From: Candidatus Eiseniibacteriota bacterium
GTDB taxonomy: Bacteria > Eisenbacteria > RBG-16-71-46 > JABDJR01
Direction of reading: 5' to 3'
Assembly (NCBI GenBank): GCA_963762255.1
Contig: CAVXKA010000001.1
Location: 160,001 to 224,000, forward strand
DNA length: 64,000 bases
The translations under genes and the position numbers were made by a program. Below are positions 29,488 to 37,994 of this stretch, piece by piece (position 1 is the first letter of the stretch; the number at the start of each line of letters is the position of its first letter). The notes beneath the pieces are model-generated. The model was given only the letters and a program-made list of their open reading frames with translations, made no database searches and had not been told where the DNA came from.

Positions 29488-32400
29488 TCAGCGTAAGTAC
29501 ACTAGTCGCTCGGTCCGCGTCTCCCCGCCGGAACGCAGGCGAAGGGTGTAGACGCCGTTGCCCGCATGTACGCCGCGATCGTCGCGGCCGTCCCAGAAGA
29601 GCTGGTACGGTCCCCGCGAGAGCGTCGCTCCGTCGTGGAAGGTGCGGATGCAGCGGCCGGTCACGTCGAAGATCGCGAGGTCTGCGGGGCCGTCCTGCGG
29701 CACCGCGAAGAGGATCTCGGTCCCGGAGCGGAAGGGGTTGGGACGCACCGGCAGCAGCAGCATCGTGGGAGGGTGAAGCGGGAGCCCGCCGACGCCGGTG
29801 ACCTCGAGCACGACGATGCACACCGTGTCGGCGCCGGCGTCGGTGACGATGAGCACTTCGCAGGTGTCCGGCCCCACGTCGCTCTCGGTGACACACGCCG
29901 AGAAACTCGTGCTGTCGCCGGGAAAGAGTTCGGCGGCAAGCCCCGCCAGGTCGAGCCGGCAGGCGGGGTCCGCGCCGGTGATCGACTGGATGTGCAGGAA
30001 CCCATCTCCCGTGTTCTTCACCGAGATCGTCGTGCAGGCCTCCACACCTACCCGCAGCTCGGGAAACACAATGCCGGTGGGCGAAACCGCGAGTATCGGC
30101 TGTGCGGTGCACGCGCCGCATCCAAGCGTGAGCGCACGCACCCGCACGTCGTCGACGTAGATCCCGGTGCCGCCCACGCTGGCGTCGGCGCCCGCCTCGT
30201 AGACCAACCGCACGGAACGCCCGGCAAGGCCCGGATATTGGATGCGAATCGGCTCGAAATCGGGAAGCGTGCTACCGCACCATGCCGCAAGATCCTGCAG
30301 AGGGTTGGCGGAATCGCCGCTCGATCGCACGATCTGTGTGCGGTACTGCCCTTCGAAGAGCGTAGAGAACGCGCCGGCAAGCACGTCGGCGCCATCCACC
30401 TGAATCTTGAGCAGCGCGCCGTCGTACCCCTGGCGTCCGTCCCCCACCGCTTCCATGTCGTAGGTCACCGCGAACGAGACCTCGAGGAGATCCGCGTCCG
30501 GCGGCACCGCGAACGACGGTGAATCGAGACGGCTCCAGTTGGTGTCGGCGTAGTCGGCGCAGTACACGGAACGAGTGCCGGCGGAAGCGAGGTCGGCGGA
30601 GACTTCCCATGGATTGGCGACGCCCTTGCGCTGAAGATGGGACCACCCGGCGGGGAGCCCGGTGGCGACCGACTCGAATCCCTCGGCCAGGAGCAGCGTG
30701 TCCTTCACCACCATGCCCGTCGGCACGGTGAAGGTGAAGCCGAACACGCCGGAGTTCGACGTGCCTTCCAGCCGCAACCGGATCGGATCGCCGCAGGGGT
30801 AAGCGTCATCGAGGCGAATGCGGAACGGCGTCGCGCTTGCGCCGCTTGTGCCGGGTGCGAGATCCGGGAAGGCGGCGTCGGCCTGCAAGACGGAGACCTC
30901 CGCACTGAGGGCCGCGAGCGTGCCGCTGATGCCGCTCACCGTGCCGGTGCATGCGTTGCGCAGGGTGACGGTGAGATCGCCGATCTCCCCGGCCACGAGC
31001 GTCTCATCCGCGGTGCAGCCGATATCGGCCATGGTCACTCCGTCCGGAGTCAGCGAAACCGCCGCCGTGGCCGGGTCCAGCATACCCACATAGGTGTCGG
31101 GCGCAGTGGTGAGATAGTCGGCGGCATCGGTGCGCGCATACGATGCGAACATTCGCCGCACGCCCGCCCTCACCCGCGACGCGCACTGGTTGTAGTCGCC
31201 GATGTTGGGCTGGCCGGTGTCCTGCCCGTACTCGGCATGGAACGGCTCCGTCAGGAGCGAGATCGGGCAGCTCCAGGTGAGCCCGCCGTCCTCGCTATGG
31301 GTGGCGAGAACATCGGTGAGGTCGCTCCCGTCGATACCGGCGCGCTGGTCGTACCAGATCGCGTCGAGGCCGCCGTCGGCGCCCGCGCTGATCCATGGAA
31401 AGAACTGAGCGCGGTCGAGGCCAGGCGCGCTGTTGAGCGTGACCGGCACGCTCCAGTTCAGGCCCCGGTCGGTGGAGCGCGCGTAGTAGACATCGCTGAA
31501 GTCGGCGGTCTGAAGGTTGGCGTAGACGATGTGCAGGCTGCCGTCGGCGGGGCTCACCGCCAGCGCGGGAAAGTCGTTGATGCGATCGCTGCCATAGGGA
31601 GGCAACGGCTCCGAGCCGCCGAGCGCAATGTCCTGCGGCGCCGACCACGTCACACCGTTGTCGAGCGAGCGCACCAGCGACACCGTGCTTACCGCGCCGT
31701 AGGCTCGCCAGACGATGTACGCCCGATTGCCCGAGGGATCGAAGCGCGGGCAGCTCCCTTGCCCGTCTTCGTCGCGTGCGGAGAAGACCGTGACCGGGGA
31801 CCAGGTGAGCCCGAAGTTGTCGCTGCGGATGCAGCTCATCTCCAGCGCGGCGCCGAAGCTCGTCCAGCTCAGGAGAACGCGCCCCGTCTCGGGGTCGACG
31901 TCGTTGAAGACCTTGTCGGCGAAGGCCGAGGCGCTTGTGATCGGTGTCGTCACGCGCGGCGCGCTCCATGTCACGCCGCCGTTGGTGGAGACGTGAATGC
32001 AGAGGCTCGACTCGCCGGCAGGCGTGCGATAGAGCGAGCTGTAGACAAAGGTCGCCGCGCCCGTCGAGGGGTTTACCCAGACGCTGACGCCGGGATCGCC
32101 GCGGACCTGATCCCCGCCGCCGACCACCGGCAACTGTCCGCCGTAGGCGAAGGTCGCGCCGCCGTCGTGCGAGTACGCGAAGCCGGAGACGCTGACGCCG
32201 CTCGGGTTGGAGAAGCCGTTCGCGTCGTTGAACCCGACGACGATCGTGTCCCCCTTCACGGCGATCGTGGTCTCGCTCTGGAAGCGAGGAGCGCCGGGCG
32301 TGAGGTTGAGGTCGCCGCCGAAGATCGCGGGAGCGCCCCAGGGTGCGGGCGCATGGGCCATCGCCGTCGCGCGAAGTGCGGCAAGCCGTTCGGGGTGCGC

Positions 32401-32544
32401 GTCGAGGTCGCGAAACAACTCTCCCATCGCGGAGAGGCGCGGTCCTTGTTCGGGTCGCTTGGCTGGGTCGCTCGCCATCGCTTGAGTACACGCGAGCAGA
32501 CAGGCTGCGAGAGACGCGGCGAGAAGAGCTGGGCGGCGAGTCAT
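29488..32544 (-). CDS. secreted BNR/Asp-box (sialidase-like) propeller protein with beta-sandwich/Ig domains and FlgD/T9SS-like C-terminal domain
   Basis: Six SxDxGxTW-type boxes; C-terminal PNPF...IFDVTGR...WDGRDDRG...GVY. AAGGAG RBS before MTRRP. Confidence 0.8.
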   Translation of the reverse strand: MTRRPALLAASLAACLLACTQAMASDPAKRPEQGPRLSAMGELFRDLDAHPERLAALRATAMAHAPAPWGAPAIFGGDLNLTPGAPRFQSETTIAVKGDTIVVGFNDANGFSNPSGVSVSGFAYSHDGGATFAYGGQLPVVGGGDQVRGDPGVSVWVNPSTGAATFVYSSLYRTPAGESSLCIHVSTNGGVTWSAPRVTTPITSASAFADKVFNDVDPETGRVLLSWTSFGAALEMSCIRSDNFGLTWSPVTVFSARDEDGQGSCPRFDPSGNRAYIVWRAYGAVSTVSLVRSLDNGVTWSAPQDIALGGSEPLPPYGSDRINDFPALAVSPADGSLHIVYANLQTADFSDVYYARSTDRGLNWSVPVTLNSAPGLDRAQFFPWISAGADGGLDAIWYDQRAGIDGSDLTDVLATHSEDGGLTWSCPISLLTEPFHAEYGQDTGQPNIGDYNQCASRVRAGVRRMFASYARTDAADYLTTAPDTYVGMLDPATAAVSLTPDGVTMADIGCTADETLVAGEIGDLTVTLRNACTGTVSGISGTLAALSAEVSVLQADAAFPDLAPGTSGASATPFRIRLDDAYPCGDPIRLRLEGTSNSGVFGFTFTVPTGMVVKDTLLLAEGFESVATGLPAGWSHLQRKGVANPWEVSADLASAGTRSVYCADYADTNWSRLDSPSFAVPPDADLLEVSFAVTYDMEAVGDGRQGYDGALLKIQVDGADVLAGAFSTLFEGQYRTQIVRSSGDSANPLQDLAAWCGSTLPDFEPIRIQYPGLAGRSVRLVYEAGADASVGGTGIYVDDVRVRALTLGCGACTAQPILAVSPTGIVFPELRVGVEACTTISVKNTGDGFLHIQSITGADPACRLDLAGLAAELFPGDSTSFSACVTESDVGPDTCEVLIVTDAGADTVCIVVLEVTGVGGLPLHPPTMLLLPVRPNPFRSGTEILFAVPQDGPADLAIFDVTGRCIRTFHDGATLSRGPYQLFWDGRDDRGVHAGNGVYTLRLRSGGETRTERLVYLR

Positions 32545-32732
32545 GAGTCCGGGACTCCTTCGCAGGGGAATGAGGCGCATGGTCGCGGGGCGCGTGTTGT
32601 TGGGCGGGAGTATAGCCCCGGGAGGGTCACCGTGCGCGCCGCTGCGCGTGCGCCCGTCGCCCTCGCCGAAGGGGCCCCCGCTTCGCGGCCCTTCGGACTG
32701 CGGCCGACGGGCGACCCGCTTCGCAGCGCGCA

Positions 32733-32759
32733 GGGGCACCACGCGGCGCTATGTGCGCC
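32733..32759 (+). repeat. direct repeat copy 1 (GGGGCACCACGCGGCGC-N4-TGCGCC)
   Basis: 17 bp identical to 35394-35410, then 4 mismatches and TGCGCC. Confidence 0.6.
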
Positions 32760-32768
32760 CACCAGGGT

Positions 32769-35072
32769 TCAGCGCTTGGACCACCTGATCCGATCCCAGG
32801 TGGTCGGCGAGGTCCTCGCCGGGCATCCGGGGTCCGGGTAGCAGCCAAAGGTCATCGAGTCGGTCAGCGCGGGCGAGTTGCTCGCGACTTGGTAGTTTTC
32901 GTTCGCGGGGTCGCAGAACAGCGGGTCCGCGAACAGCAGCACATCGGCCCATCCACTCGGGCACTGCCCGGACCCAATCCCGAGATCTCCTCCACCATTC
33001 CCCCACAGCAGGTTGGGGCCCATCGTCGCTGTCGTGCCCTCCCACCAGCAGCTGATCCCGCACTCTTCGTTGTATGCGATGAGGTTGCCGTAGACTGCAA
33101 GGTCCACTCCGGTTAGGTAGAGGAGAAGTCCTCCGCCGCCGTCGTGCGTGAGGTGCTGACCATCGTTCCAGACCAAGGTGTTGTACCGGATGACCCCCTT
33201 CATCAAGAGCGCGGCGATGGCACCTCCAGACCCGGTATCGCCAAAGAACCCTGTGCCGACGGTTCGATTCCGCACAAAGAGGTTGCCCTCAATCGAGTAC
33301 TGGCCCGCTCCGGAACCTCCAGCTGAGTAGATCCCCCCTCCGTGGTCCCCGGCTACGTTGTCCCAGAACTCATTACCCTCAAGAGCCGCCTGCCCCTGCA
33401 CCATCCACACCCAGGCACCTCCACCGTCGGCCCAGCACTGATTCCCGCGGAACACGTTGCCCCTAATCTCGTAGTTGCCGTTGAAACAAGCGAGTCCGCC
33501 TCCGTTATGACCAGACTCATTGTTCTCGATGATGTTCCCTTCGATCAGTGCTCCGGAGGGTGGATCGACGTAGCGGGCTCCTGCGCAAATGCCACCGCCA
33601 TCCCCACGGGACCCGCAGCTATTGCCCACGATCTTGTTCCCCCGGATCGTCGGCGAGCTTTCTTCGCAGCAGATGCCTCCCCCGTCCTGAGCCTTTCCCC
33701 AGATGGTGGACCCGCGCCCCCCCGTGATCGTGAATCCCTCCAAGACTGCTGCCCGGGTCTCCCCCCGGCGGATCACCACCACCGAGCTGTCCCGCAGGCT
33801 CCCATCCAGGATCGTCGCCTTCGGTCCTTCGGCGCTGCGCAGGACCAGATCCTTCCCCCGGTAATCCAGGTTTTCGTAGTACCTCCCCGGATGCACCAGC
33901 ACCGTGTCCCCCGTGCGCGAACTGTCAATCCCCGCCTGCACCGTCGGGGCGTCCCCGCTGCCATCTACCCGAATCGTCCATGTCTTCGGTGTCCGGCGCA
34001 CGTACCATTTCGTCGCCTTCGAGACCGCCCCTTGGTTGCCCTTCTCGTCCATCGCCCGCACGCAGAACCACAGCGTCGTGTCCCCTGGCAGATCCGTCAG
34101 GGTCAACTCCTCATGCTGTCCGGCCGCCTTCGGGATCAACGTCACCATCACCGGAGTGGCCGCGCTCCAGGTCGCCTCCGTGATCGCCAGCGTTGCGTAG
34201 CGGACGGCATAGCTCGCCGCCCTTCCTTCGTCTCCGTTGTCCCCCGACGCCGTCCAGGTCAGGGTCAACGTATACGGCTCGGTCCCGCCTGCCACCAAGT
34301 CCCGGATCGCCGACGGGGGGACCGTGTCGGCCGGCAGGGTCGCCACTACGTCATTGGACACCGGACTCTCGTGGCCCCCGTCATCTCGCGCCCGCAGCCC
34401 AAAGTGCAGCGTCGCCTCCCCCGTCAGACCCGCCACCCGTATCGTCTCCATCGTCCCGGCTGGGTGCGGTGTCTGTACGACTGCGAACACGATGGACCCT
34501 TCCCATGTCTCCTCCGTCACCGCGTCCGGTCCATACCGGACCTCGTACGCGGTGGCCGTCCCCTCGTAGCCGTCATCTCCCGGCGCGGTGAACTGCAGGG
34601 TGACCGCCTCCATCTCCACGGATGTGACCCGAAGGTCGGTGACCTGCGCCGGAGGAGTCGGGTCGGCGGTTTGCGCCTGCACCATGTTGGAGAGATCCGA
34701 TTCGTTCGCGGCGTCGTCCAGGGTGCGCAGTGCCAGATTGTAGATGCGGTCGCGGGTGAGACCGCTCACGGTGACGGTCTCGGGGACGCCGGCCTGCCGG
34801 GGGATTGGCAGCTCCTCGACCACCGTCGCGCTGTCCCATCCGGCAGGAAGTGCGCTCAGCGAGTAGCGAAGATCGTAGGAGGCGGCTTGCCCCTTGTCGC
34901 CGTCATCGCCGGGGCCGGTCCATGTGACCGTGGCACTGGTCTCGGTCGTGCGGAGGAGCGCGAGGTCGGTCACCGCAGCAGGGGGGGTCACATCAGGGCC
35001 GGGGGACTTGTCGTCACCGCAGCCAGCGACGAATGTGGCGGCGAGGAACCCCGTCAGCAGAACGACAGACAT
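32769..35072 (-). CDS. lipoprotein with tandem fibronectin type III domains and right-handed parallel beta-helix domain
   Basis: Lipobox VAGC; three DxTPPAAVTDL...WTxPGDDG...YxxRY repeats; GDAPTVQAGID...HPGRYYE and GGGI/GNxI repeats; DPLFCDP...NSPA tail. Start uncertain. Confidence 0.82.
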   Translation of the reverse strand: MSVVLLTGFLAATFVAGCGDDKSPGPDVTPPAAVTDLALLRTTETSATVTWTGPGDDGDKGQAASYDLRYSLSALPAGWDSATVVEELPIPRQAGVPETVTVSGLTRDRIYNLALRTLDDAANESDLSNMVQAQTADPTPPAQVTDLRVTSVEMEAVTLQFTAPGDDGYEGTATAYEVRYGPDAVTEETWEGSIVFAVVQTPHPAGTMETIRVAGLTGEATLHFGLRARDDGGHESPVSNDVVATLPADTVPPSAIRDLVAGGTEPYTLTLTWTASGDNGDEGRAASYAVRYATLAITEATWSAATPVMVTLIPKAAGQHEELTLTDLPGDTTLWFCVRAMDEKGNQGAVSKATKWYVRRTPKTWTIRVDGSGDAPTVQAGIDSSRTGDTVLVHPGRYYENLDYRGKDLVLRSAEGPKATILDGSLRDSSVVVIRRGETRAAVLEGFTITGGRGSTIWGKAQDGGGICCEESSPTIRGNKIVGNSCGSRGDGGGICAGARYVDPPSGALIEGNIIENNESGHNGGGLACFNGNYEIRGNVFRGNQCWADGGGAWVWMVQGQAALEGNEFWDNVAGDHGGGIYSAGGSGAGQYSIEGNLFVRNRTVGTGFFGDTGSGGAIAALLMKGVIRYNTLVWNDGQHLTHDGGGGLLLYLTGVDLAVYGNLIAYNEECGISCWWEGTTATMGPNLLWGNGGGDLGIGSGQCPSGWADVLLFADPLFCDPANENYQVASNSPALTDSMTFGCYPDPGCPARTSPTTWDRIRWSKR

Positions 35073-35393
35073 TGCTTGAACGAACCGTCGCACAGCGACC
35101 CCCGCGTCACTCAGCCCACGAACACCATAGCACCGAAGATGCATGGACGGGAGCGCACGAAGCAGCGAGTCCAGCCGGCTGGACTCGCGCACCGTGCTCA
35201 CCCGGGTGAGCATTGGGCGCGCCGGCAGCGGGTCGCGGGTCGGCAAGCGGCGCGTTCGCCGTGCGCGCGCAGCGGACGGGCGCTCTAGCGGGACCCGTTC
35301 GCGAGCACGCACGGCGACGCGAAGCGAAGCCGCGCCGCGACATGCGAAGCGGCGCGCAGGGAAACCCCGAGGCGAGACGCGAGGCGGCGCGCC

Positions 35394-35420
35394 GGGGCAC
35401 CACGCGGCGCGAACTGCGCC
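35394..35420 (+). repeat. direct repeat copy 2
   Basis: GGGGCACCACGCGGCGCGAACTGCGCC, matches 32733-32759. Confidence 0.6.
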
Positions 35421-35449
35421 GCGCCGCCTCGGTGTGGTAGCCTGATCCT

Positions 35450-35851
35450 ATGAGCGACGAACGCAGCCCCGCAGAGATCCTCGATGCCCAGCGCGCCAAG
35501 GCGGGCAAGGTCGGGCTTCCCGTCACCCGCCGCCATATCTTCCTCTGCTGCGACCAGACCAAGCCGCAGTGCAGCGAACGCGAGCGCGCCAACGAAGCGT
35601 GGGACTACCTCAAGCGGCGCCTCCTCGAACTTGGGCTCTCCGAGCACGGCGGCGTGAACCGCACCAAGGCCAACTGCCTGCGCATCTGCCAGGGCGGCCC
35701 AATCGCGGTGGTCTACCCCGAAGGCGCCTGGTACGCGGGCTGCGATCCGCCGGTATTGGAACGCATCATCCAGGAGCACCTGATCGGCGGCCGCATCGTG
35801 CGCGAATACCTCATCCTCGAGCATCCTCTCGTCGTGGAGCCCGCCGAGTGA
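35450..35851 (+). CDS. thioredoxin-like [2Fe-2S] ferredoxin
   Basis: HIFLCC...C...[24 protein letters not shown]...IIQEHL. A -10-like TAGCCT just upstream of the ATG and no SD suggest a leaderless mRNA. Confidence 0.9.
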   Translation: MSDERSPAEILDAQRAKAGKVGLPVTRRHIFLCCDQTKPQCSERERANEAWDYLKRRLLELGLSEHGGVNRTKANCLRICQGGPIAVVYPEGAWYAGCDPPVLERIIQEHLIGGRIVREYLILEHPLVVEPAE

Positions 35852-37875
35852 CCGTCGCCGACGCCGCCCGTCTCAAACCCGGCGTCACCGTCGACGATCT
35901 CCCCGAGCCGGAAGACGCGGCCGTCGGCGCTGCAGCGCTCGTTCGCGGCACCGCTCTCATCTTCTGGGATCCGGAACAGCCGGGCCGCAAGCTCGACGCC
36001 ATCGACACCGACCAGATCACCCCGGCCAAGGACTGCGTCTCGGAGAGCCTCGACGAACTCGACCGGCATTGGAAAGAAGGCGCATTCCGTCATCTCATGC
36101 CCGACTTCCGCGCCCGCGTGCATCGCGGCGAGACGTTTCTCGTGGCCGGCGACCGGTTCGCCATCGGGTCCTCGCGCGAGATGAGCCCGGCGGGATTGAA
36201 GGCCATCGCGGAAGAGGCCGGCCTCGACATGGTCATCGTATGCGGCGGCAACATGGGCGACATCTTCCGGCGCAACGCATTCAACCTGGGCCTTCACGTG
36301 GTGCAGTGTTCGGATGCCGTCGAGGACGCTCGCGATGGCGACCGCATGAGCTTCGACCCCGACACGCGCGCGATCGTCAACGAGACGCAGGGCAAGACCT
36401 ACGCGCCGCTTCCGCTCACGGAGAAGGAAGACGAGATCCGTCGCTCGGGCGGCATCTTCTCGGTGGGTCGCCGCGAGCTTCGCGAGTCCGTGACCCGCGC
36501 GCCCTCGATCGTCTGGCCGGACCCCGCGACCGCGAGCCGCCTCACCACCACCGAGCAGATCGTCTGGGCGCATCGCGTGAACAAGCAGGCGGAGGCGAGG
36601 CCGGGCGCGACTTTGCGCGTCTACGCCGACCTCCTGCCCGCCTCCGACGGGACCGCTCCCTTCGCCATCCACACCTTCAACCGCATCACCGGCGGCAGCG
36701 CGATCTATCCGCGTCAAGCGGCCATCGCCAGCGATCACTTCGTCTTCACCGGCGAGGCGGCCGACGAGAAGCAAACCGAGATCGGTCGCGCGTTCGCCGC
36801 TCGGCACGGCCTTGCCAAGCCGTTCTTCGCGGACCCCGGCGACGGCATCTTCCACTTCTATTTTCCCGAGCAAGGGCTCGTGATCCCGGGCGCGTTCATC
36901 CCCGGCGCGGACTCGCACAGCCGCGCGTACGGCGCGTACGGAGCGATGGGCTTCGGCGTGGGCTCGACCACGCTCGGCTTCGGTTGGTCGACCGGCTACG
37001 TCTACTTCACGCCGGCCAAGGCGCGACGCGTCGTCTTCACCGGGGCCTTGCAGCCGTGGGTGAGCGGCAAGGACATCGTGTTGCGGCTCCTGGCCGGCTG
37101 GGGCGCCGCGCAGGCGCAAGGGATGTCGGTGGAGTTGGTCGACCGCGACCGGCAGCTCCCCATTGCCTTCCGCAACACGATCGCCAACATGATGGCGGAG
37201 GCGGAGGCGCAGAACGGGATCTTCGCTCCCGACGAGATCACGCTTCGCTGGTATCGCGACAAGGGACTCGCCGAGTTGCCCTACCCCGCGATCGCGCCCG
37301 GCGAAGACGCGCACTACGAGATCGACGAGACGCTCGACTTGGCCGACGTCGTCCCCATGATCGCCAAGCCGTTCAGCCCCGCCAACGCGTTCCCGGCGGA
37401 AGAGGTGGCGCGCGAGCGCATCACGTTCGATCGCGCCTATATCGGCTCCTGCACGAACGGGAGCTACGACGATCTGCTCACCGCCGCGCTCGTCATACGC
37501 GCCGCGCGCGAGGCGGGCGCCGGGCGGACCGCGCGCGATCTCCTCATCTTTCCCGGCTCTGGAGGCGTGCGCCGCCGCATCGAGTCCCCCGAACCGCGCC
37601 TGGGCGGCGACCCGATCGCCGATGTCTTGCGCGCCGCGGGAGCGCAAATCCGCGACTCCTGGTGCGGCCCCTGCTTCGGGCAAGGACCGGATGCCCTGGC
37701 CCCCGGACAGCGCGCCATCACGACCTTCAACCGCAACTGGCACAACAGGATGGGCCTTGGAGGCGAGGGCTATCTGGCCAGCCCGGCGGTCGTCGCTGCC
37801 TCGGCGCTCCTGGGGTACATGGCCCCGCCATCGGAGCTGGGCCTGGCCTGGGATCCGGCGCGCTACGAGCCCTGA
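35848..37875 (+). CDS. aconitase-family dehydratase, LeuD-like swivel domain fused N-terminal to LeuC-like large domain
   Basis: GTGA overlap with the ferredoxin stop; [22 protein letters not shown] (small subunit), then DH, DSHS, GSCTNG, CGPCFG, NRNW-NRMG, YLASP (large subunit, three Cys). Confidence 0.88.
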   Translation: MTVADAARLKPGVTVDDLPEPEDAAVGAAALVRGTALIFWDPEQPGRKLDAIDTDQITPAKDCVSESLDELDRHWKEGAFRHLMPDFRARVHRGETFLVAGDRFAIGSSREMSPAGLKAIAEEAGLDMVIVCGGNMGDIFRRNAFNLGLHVVQCSDAVEDARDGDRMSFDPDTRAIVNETQGKTYAPLPLTEKEDEIRRSGGIFSVGRRELRESVTRAPSIVWPDPATASRLTTTEQIVWAHRVNKQAEARPGATLRVYADLLPASDGTAPFAIHTFNRITGGSAIYPRQAAIASDHFVFTGEAADEKQTEIGRAFAARHGLAKPFFADPGDGIFHFYFPEQGLVIPGAFIPGADSHSRAYGAYGAMGFGVGSTTLGFGWSTGYVYFTPAKARRVVFTGALQPWVSGKDIVLRLLAGWGAAQAQGMSVELVDRDRQLPIAFRNTIANMMAEAEAQNGIFAPDEITLRWYRDKGLAELPYPAIAPGEDAHYEIDETLDLADVVPMIAKPFSPANAFPAEEVARERITFDRAYIGSCTNGSYDDLLTAALVIRAAREAGAGRTARDLLIFPGSGGVRRRIESPEPRLGGDPIADVLRAAGAQIRDSWCGPCFGQGPDALAPGQRAITTFNRNWHNRMGLGGEGYLASPAVVAASALLGYMAPPSELGLAWDPARYEP

Positions 37876-37994
37876 CGGCCCCACAAGAACCCGCACACTT
37901 CGAAGACAGCGCAACACGCGCTCATGTTGGTCCGTTTATAATCGTGCGCCTCACCCCCCGGTCCTCAAAGTCCACCATCCCACTGAGGACTGAT

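Noticed and set aside
35100-35445. GC-rich repetitive intergenic stretch as CRISPR, tRNA or MITE
   Set aside because: No regular repeat-spacer period, cloverleaf or terminal inverted repeats; only the direct repeat reported separately.
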